Positions 63,809 to 64,000 of a DNA stretch of 64,000 nt are shown piece by piece. Positions within the stretch are counted from its first letter, which is position 1; every line of letters starts with the position of its first letter. Source of the stretch: a virus; IMG/VR virus record IMGVR_UViG_3300025138_000016; one strand, 5' to 3'. Made by a program: the position numbers and the translations under genes. The notes under the pieces were generated by a model. That model searched no databases, was not told the origin of the DNA, and saw only the letters and a list, made by a program, of their open reading frames with translations.

Positions 63809-64000
63809 ATGAAATTGTTTGATAAAAAAGGATTTGTTGATTTTTGTGAGGAGAGAGAAGAGTTAGGTTTTGATGGTATTAATCCTTATGATGTGATTGA
63901 TGAAAGTGGTTGTTATTGTTTGCATTTTGGTAGTAGGGGTGATGTAGATTTTGAAAAGGTTAATTTGGTTGATGAGATTATGGAATGGAGTAAGTTGGAG
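63809..64000 (+). CDS. Acidic hypothetical protein (partial)
   Basis: AAGGAG RBS; MKLFDKKGFVDFCEEREELG... open to the window end. Confidence 0.65.
   Translation, partial: MKLFDKKGFVDFCEEREELGFDGINPYDVIDESGCYCLHFGSRGDVDFEKVNLVDEIMEWSKLE

Overview
AT-rich segment of a large T4-like myophage genome; gene content resembles marine cyanophage/pelagimyophage relatives, and the host is probably a marine proteobacterium (inference). 1-37.4 kb is the tail/baseplate module: fibre genes, two paralogous Arg/Tyr/Gly repeat proteins, a split DUF4815/VrlC-like protein, gp8, 7, 6, 25, 5, a gp27-like hub, 53, 48, 4, 2, 54, 26, 51 and a probable tape measure. It is followed by tRNA-Thr, gp32, gp59, gp33 and a lysozyme. 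40.6-48.6 kb is one tightly coupled operon: CsgF, CsgG, two curlin-like proteins, a FecR-domain protein and a CHASE2 adenylate cyclase, with IscU, cytochrome c and IscA inserted in it. 48.6-57.6 kb is a modification-enzyme island (carbamoyltransferase, SGNH-like pair, 2OG-Fe(II) oxygenases, sulfotransferase, glycosyltransferase). The last 6.5 kb is an early, promoter-dense region with tRNA-Arg, a tRNA-like RNA with a shortened anticodon arm, DUF932, small membrane peptides and a roughly 620-nt structured non-coding RNA candidate. Most notable: (1) the two repeat proteins are self-complementary at module level; in the larger one A12 B15 A3 B3 A1 B3 - tip - A3 B1 A3 B3 A15 B12, like a protein stem-loop with an A:B pairing code; (2) the large ncRNA; (3) the curli/FecR/cyclase/Fe-S operon; (4) a likely -1 frameshift joining gp26 to gp51. 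All family assignments are from recognised motifs and gene order, not from database searches.
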